Below, in pieces: positions 25,301 through 28,878 of a stretch of DNA of 28,878 bases. The notes beneath the pieces were generated by a model. It worked only from the letters and a program-made list of their open reading frames with translations, was not told the DNA's origin and ran no database searches. The stretch's first letter is position 1, and each line of letters opens with the position of its first letter. The DNA lies in the IMG/VR virus record IMGVR_UViG_3300032116_008921, positions 1 through 28,878 of that record; one strand, 5' to 3'. A program made the translations under genes and the position numbers. This stretch comes from a virus (Duplodnaviria; Caudoviricetes).

Positions 25301-26106
25301 ATGGTAGAGATGCTGAAGTGTTGTTCCTTGAAATGTACCCAGAAATGGGTCCAGCCTTGGTTAGTGCTTCTTTCAACCCAACTGGCGCTCAAGCATCACA
25401 AAAAGCATTTGGTAATATCAAAAAATATAGCGACTTGGTAAGTCAAATTGGTCAGACATCACCTGAAATGATTGGGTTTTTAGTTAATGACCCAGATGGC
25501 AAATATGACTTTTCAGAGGCTGTATACGCATGGCAATATGGAAATGCACCAGTTCCTGGTTCAACTGATAAATTCCGTGAACGCCGTGACCCTGCACAAC
25601 TTAAGCGTGATGCTAATATTAAAGTTGGCTGGATTGAGTTCCGCAAGAACATGAACTTACTAGACTCACAACTGCAAGCACAGGGTTATCAATCATATAC
25701 AGAATCAGGTGCTGAAGAATTACAGGCTCTTAAGCAATTAATGATTGCTGACTTGTCACAAAGAAACTCTGACTGGCAGGCTGATTATCTAAATGTGGAT
25801 AGAGGCAAGTGGATTTATAGGATGCAGGCTATGCGTAGTATGTTATCTAATCCAAACTGGATGGCAGATAATGGTAATCGTCAAGTAGTACAAGCCATGG
25901 CTGTTTACCTACAAGCAAGAGGACAAGTAGCCCGTGAGTTAGAAACTCGTAAGGCTTACGGTGCACCATCTACACTTGCTGCAAAAGATAATGCTGATTT
26001 AGATGGATATTGGAACTCAGTGATATATCAATTAAAAACTGGTTCGCCAGAGTTTGAAGATTTTTTCAACCGCTTTTTACAAAACGACCCTGTGACCTTG
26101 GGATAG
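19354..26106 (+). CDS. Giant multidomain virion (probable internal/ejected) protein with ADP-ribosyltransferase domain
   Basis: 2250 aa; R-S-E ART motifs VVYRG (21979), FVSTS (22063) and REEEVLLP (22291); located in the structural operon. Confidence 0.8.
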   Translation: MSFSDILGNAAQKLQGNGFANDIGLPSMMFDLASVSSNDKNWVGDAFNFAGNAFRTTLMASTYPIRKPVGAAVEKVLLPAAMLSYETGGRYLREPLSAALTTLGTADAKKAWENREEISPGQALSYLQSKWSFGLLGPDELAAGDFNIFDPNDRKVFDEDWSAKSLSGAYDTFFTTVTDPLGKLGKAAGLARKAVVTRPLGATDTNANRLLKDFLMPKTLRSVRVISPQTLAKTINEGREEGGELYTTLSWFAKSDRVSIRNHPMVQQSNDSDTLAYLLGEAKTVDDVADTLVATARLGTNKEVGSAAARLIAKRRDLAFVFDKIADTTDLDKRVLDNVPTNGIVDDVNKLDTATELVKQIEADPYYRMIKSFNAKPADLSKRTFGKPVFEKLAISRAESKAARIKGIDQPTKFPTVGVIQPTKYHPLVAVVNFGIKKIGDTFQEKPAGYVNFNDSDSFSEMRAFGEQLRRLVGPEIAQPVVNEHTTAYLRAGGLPELRSRVAVSFEDLAVSAVNRKLGLTDEQGLFIWNQYKSRRQTALDTIRDRKFLMTNDDVILKIPYLERQGANALPMVDLENYARVLEANKGVLKSIGRKGEIIDPDSMRYVTGILNDMWKASVLLRLGYTIRNVSEATLSILGKGYGLLALGDLNRDGFKSWYNNRVQGIERLADRTLVNKGLREDSIQIRRALAETQSEIFATEKVINEARLYAQAAERLFLQGKLNEAQYKELLELSEYLTGQYLYHGSTTPIKALDKNRPLAMSYSQDIAEQYAEAGMPRISASEIYKRLTGRAYPLPKNLELAPGGEIGTPKVFAQMPESDFRQVQKYVRGNFSTQQNQLRGGLEVTQDLNPYDLKLPSVLQRAIQRSVIKKPTVVYRGSTANAEFGDRILSVGDIVEDKGFVSTSKSGTQAVKFANYKGGEPVVYKIALPKGHPGLDIKQTYNDFNENIVYRSEREGFTPFNSYQQTLRSSESAHAMREEEVLLPAGTKYKVAKSEFIPFMGFGFGNEPIRVITLEAITPKVAKRQVSPSMQTIGADMREGFINTVNNGNVVEVLNPQTGRWTTVDPNTVSQKLLTTAEFRIRKPGNQGAIIGQKVYGLEVDLRTENLRSPRLNLVDYPELKTVLGIEKGTPRNRAAWEGKEKALLDWMRANGIGKVTLPDNKANGRATVLVDPEMVEGFGQSPFVTLTQRRLDSVKRQQQILGNEPRMLSIIERTIKNQGGTFDFSGDVPTTGISVAIRGATHTFRLEDAATNPQGWIDSVAAHFEKNLEKFGKADHFGTWVEDIDGVPHIWAEPTNVIMDRAEAVKLGVERNQKAIADLAAITRGDWDNAFIVTRGTGDERATARFALGQGTQASVGNVTARAQGIRPNLSGKSTRERIAELSESLSSKREYPTAGLAQVVREAADMQATSKKNLENLLVKLDARVVEEARIGAPKQIQGTGRRIVTLYDGTKVEIDDAFRGELGQILYDRTDNTDSYRRFVDHPSQFFAAEHNNFVEDVLTPNMPDYYSGWANQLNTFFRSPDGRIDPLVEQMLNGARPEEIVKWLRKPENIGYARRFNIDVPGIKVPSERLNASIEAEDFVGDLYSAFNRYLPDTQMQEAFRTGQVTEIWLRNHFKNATELPDIVGRIVPTSPQARNIMDATAKVIDKAFYFLGSLPETTLARHPLARAIYRSDYQNRLDTALSTKRLNTGNAKAELTVDEVNNLRKDVIESTRKEVNKTLFTIIRKSYAGEKMRFIMPFFNAWENTIRRWSGLASENPAVVARAGQVVSSLRNQPNIIDKDGNQTNEFSYDNKIVVPMSEGAISTIEKIPVWGKGMAAAIRATGTQVSIPVRSLDVLFQGEYLAGFGPLVVLPVNELVKAKPDLEDIFTSSVLPVLPFGTQEGVLRQLLPPAAQKLASVAGQDELWSRTFNTVYRYELIKYNLGEREKMPSLEEVSKLTNDFYKVRILSNLVMPFAAQYDSPLSFYSQQFRKLQDVYGRDAEVLFLEMYPEMGPALVSASFNPTGAQASQKAFGNIKKYSDLVSQIGQTSPEMIGFLVNDPDGKYDFSEAVYAWQYGNAPVPGSTDKFRERRDPAQLKRDANIKVGWIEFRKNMNLLDSQLQAQGYQSYTESGAEELQALKQLMIADLSQRNSDWQADYLNVDRGKWIYRMQAMRSMLSNPNWMADNGNRQVVQAMAVYLQARGQVARELETRKAYGAPSTLAAKDNADLDGYWNSVIYQLKTGSPEFEDFFNRFLQNDPVTLG

Positions 26107-26110
26107 GAAT

Positions 26111-27325
26111 ATGACCAATAAAGAAAAACTAGAACTTATTAAGGATAAATTTCCTAACTACAAAGATATGTTTTCGGAAGATGAATTAAGCGGTCTTCTC
26201 AAAGACCTTGACGACCCAGAAAAATTAACATTATTTCGTGAAAGAGGCTTTACAGAAATCCGTGAAGCAGGCATTGCAGCAGGTGTTGGCACTGCAGCAA
26301 AAGCAGGTGTTCAGGCTGTTAAAGGTTTAGCCAAGGCTGTAAGCGCTCGCAAGGCAAAAACTACAAGTGCAGAGGTTGCTGGTGAAGTAGTTAAAAAGCG
26401 TAAAGTAATTACTCCTAAAAGGGTTATTGGCGCTGCTGCTGCCGCTACTGGAATTAATATTCTAACTGACCTATTTGGCGCAGATGAAGAACAAACCGCT
26501 GCTCAAGAGCAAGCATTACAAGAACAAACAAATTTAAATGCACAAATGCAATTTGCTCAATTAGAAGCAACTGGAGTTGATGTTGAAGCATTATTGAATA
26601 CTCAGGCAGGGCAACAAATTTTAAAGAATCCTAACTTTAATGCTCAAGCAATTTTTGGTGCAAACATGTTACCAGCCATGGGAAATGTAGGCGTATATGT
26701 TGGTGGCGAAACTAAAACACGGCGCAGAAAACCTACTGCCGCTGAATCAGGTGTCATATCATTAACAGAATGGAAGCAACAATTTCCTATTGCCAATCCA
26801 ACCGAGTTAAATGCTTGGAAGAAAACTCTTGTAGATTCTGGAGTTGTTAGCGCCGATGCTGGTATTTCTGAATTAAAAAAACAATGGGAAACATGGGGTC
26901 AACTATCCCTAGAAAATAATCGTGTTGGTCAAAAACTTAGCCCTTATGATTTGTTAAATATCCAGCGTGGATTATGGGGTGGTGGTTCTGGTGGACCTTC
27001 ATACCAGACACAGTTGATGAAGGCTGAAAATTCTAAGGCTTTGTTTAAACAAGGCATAGAAGCATATACTGGCACTATTGTTGATGATGAACAAGCAGAA
27101 AAGTTTGCAGAGTTTGTTAAGCAACAACAACTTAAAAAGCCTACAAAAACTGAAACTAAAACTATTGGTGGCAAAAGAGTTACTGTTACAACTCCTGGTT
27201 TTGGAGAGGCAGAGGCTGCAGCCGAAATTAAGAAGCGTGCTCAAGAAGACCCACTTTATGCAGAGTTCCAAACAGCAAGCGTTTTTGGTTCTGCTCTTGA
27301 AAAAGCGTTAGGAGTTAGAGGCTAA
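26111..27325 (+). CDS. Hypothetical virion protein
   Basis: 404-aa ORF, Ala/Lys/Gln-rich, in the structural operon. Confidence 0.65.
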   Translation: MTNKEKLELIKDKFPNYKDMFSEDELSGLLKDLDDPEKLTLFRERGFTEIREAGIAAGVGTAAKAGVQAVKGLAKAVSARKAKTTSAEVAGEVVKKRKVITPKRVIGAAAAATGINILTDLFGADEEQTAAQEQALQEQTNLNAQMQFAQLEATGVDVEALLNTQAGQQILKNPNFNAQAIFGANMLPAMGNVGVYVGGETKTRRRKPTAAESGVISLTEWKQQFPIANPTELNAWKKTLVDSGVVSADAGISELKKQWETWGQLSLENNRVGQKLSPYDLLNIQRGLWGGGSGGPSYQTQLMKAENSKALFKQGIEAYTGTIVDDEQAEKFAEFVKQQQLKKPTKTETKTIGGKRVTVTTPGFGEAEAAAEIKKRAQEDPLYAEFQTASVFGSALEKALGVRG

Positions 27326-28239
27326 TGGCTGAAAAAACACCTCCTATAGCAACTTGGATTATTAACTTATTAAAAAATGAGCCACAACTAAAGGCTATTT
27401 ACGATGCTGTAAGAAACCCAATAACTGGTGAATTTATTAAATCTGCAGATGCTATTGCAGATATGATTAGTAGCAGTGATTGGTACCTAAGCAAAGGTCC
27501 AACAGTTGCTGCTAATCTTGCAGGCAGATATAGATACGGTGAAAACTGGTATCAAAATAAATTAAACGAATATAAAATTACAGTATCTGGCGTAGCCAAT
27601 GGTATTGGTCTTAATGCCTCTGACCCTACCATCGGGTCATATTTAAGCAGTCTTGCCGAAGCATCTTTCTTAAATGGCTGGGATGCTACATATATTGAAA
27701 ATACCATCATTGGCAATTCAGATATAATTTCTAAATCTGGTGGTGGACTATATCAATCTAAGATAAATGATATTAAGTCTTATGGTAAATTAATGGGTGT
27801 AGATATAAGCCAAACTACTGCTAATAACTATTTAAGCAGACTTATTGGAACCGTAACACCACAAGGCATAAGAGTTAAAACAACTGATGATGCAATTAAA
27901 AAAGAAATTGCTGACCAACAGGCTTTGTTATATCCATTCTTTTCCGATGACTTTGCTACTGGTCGTACTTTATGGGATGTAACTTCATTGCAACGCAAGA
28001 AATGGGCTGACCTACTTGAAGTAGATGAAGATACTTTAGATTGGAATGACCCACTATGGAAAGATGGAAAAATCTTTACCATGGTAGATGAGAAAACTGG
28101 CAAGGTAGTACAACGCCCTGCATGGGATGCAGAGAAACTTATTAAAGCAGATGAGCGTTGGCAGTACACTGAAAATGCTACTCGTACCTATGAAGGAATA
28201 GGAGCCAATGTGCTTAGAAGGATGCAGTACTTAAAATAA
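27325..28239 (+). CDS. Hypothetical virion protein
   Basis: 304-aa ORF with TAATG coupling on both sides. Confidence 0.65.
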   Translation: MAEKTPPIATWIINLLKNEPQLKAIYDAVRNPITGEFIKSADAIADMISSSDWYLSKGPTVAANLAGRYRYGENWYQNKLNEYKITVSGVANGIGLNASDPTIGSYLSSLAEASFLNGWDATYIENTIIGNSDIISKSGGGLYQSKINDIKSYGKLMGVDISQTTANNYLSRLIGTVTPQGIRVKTTDDAIKKEIADQQALLYPFFSDDFATGRTLWDVTSLQRKKWADLLEVDEDTLDWNDPLWKDGKIFTMVDEKTGKVVQRPAWDAEKLIKADERWQYTENATRTYEGIGANVLRRMQYLK

Positions 28240-28878
28240 TGGCTACTAAAAAAATGTCTAAAGAGGAAGCAGCAGTCCGTAAAGCCTTTGCTGATGTACT
28301 TGCTGATACTGGATTACAACAAACTCAGCAAATTTTACAAGGTGCTGGTGTTACTCCCCAAAAACCTATTGCTACTGGAAAAATATCTGATATTGATACA
28401 AGTACTCCACTAGGTGCCACTGCTTTTAAAACTTTAACCGCAGCACAAAGTAGTCTTGATAAAGCGTTAGATAAGATAACAAAAGATTACGATGCCCTTG
28501 GCTATGATTATGACCCAATTACTAATAAAGCCACTAAAAGAGAAGCAGTTGTAAAACAACCAATTATTCCACCAATGCAACAAGGTTTACAAGCAGACCA
28601 AGTTCAAAAAATGATTTCTGATGCACTTGCTGCACAACAGGCTAAGTTTGATGCTGCAACTAAACAAGCAGCAGCCGATAAAGCAGCAGAAGCAAAAGCA
28701 GCAAAAGTTGCTTCTCAAATCAAGGCTAAAGATAAGTTAACTGCTATGTTAGCACCTTACAAACTTGAAGGACTTGCTAGTTATATTGATGCAGAAATTT
28801 TAAAAGACACTTCTGAAGAAATGATTTTGTTGGGTATGTATGACCAACCATCATACAAAACACGCTTTCCTGGCATGG
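28239..28878 (+). CDS. Hypothetical virion protein, 3'-truncated
   Basis: ATG at 28239 (MATKKMSKEE...); the frame stays open to the window end (...YKTRFPGM). Confidence 0.7.
   Translation, partial: MATKKMSKEEAAVRKAFADVLADTGLQQTQQILQGAGVTPQKPIATGKISDIDTSTPLGATAFKTLTAAQSSLDKALDKITKDYDALGYDYDPITNKATKREAVVKQPIIPPMQQGLQADQVQKMISDALAAQQAKFDAATKQAAADKAAEAKAAKVASQIKAKDKLTAMLAPYKLEGLASYIDAEILKDTSEEMILLGMYDQPSYKTRFPGM

Noticed and set aside
19354-26106. Tape measure protein or virion RNA polymerase
   Set aside because: No tape-measure-like repeats or recognisable RNAP catalytic motifs were seen; its position soon after the portal fits an internal virion protein better.
20181-28169. Short alternative-frame and antisense ORFs within the structural genes
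   Set aside because: Shadows of long, well-supported CDSs with no independent signals.
1-28878. Prophage with integration module
   Set aside because: No integrase, att site, repressor or flanking host genes are visible in the window.

Overview
This window is about 29 kb of a tailed dsDNA phage genome (roughly 41% GC by eye). WhiB, a sigma-like factor, a split primase and a giant virion protein with an ADP-ribosyltransferase domain suggest a low-GC freshwater actinobacterial host (inference). Gene order: end of a tail gene and lysis cassette (1-2645); + strand replication/recombination module (Cas4-like exonuclease, helicase, glycosyltransferase, resolvase, split primase, sigma-like factor, dNMP kinase; 3.1-9.4 kb); - strand probable early region (WhiB, transglycosylase, many micro-ORFs, class II glutamine amidotransferase, amidoligase; 9.4-14.2 kb); an ~800 bp repeat- and hairpin-rich divergent non-coding region; then terminase, portal and large virion proteins. 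No integrase, DNA polymerase, capsid gene or canonical tRNA was seen. Top observations: (1) about 30 copies of the palindrome GTTTAAAC, clustered in the early/replication half and including a 53-bp-period array, in a genome where I saw no GATC or AGCT; (2) an anticodon-less tRNA-elbow-like element between the amidoligase and amidotransferase genes; (3) apparently nested ART domains in a 2250-aa virion protein. All counts and folds were done by eye.
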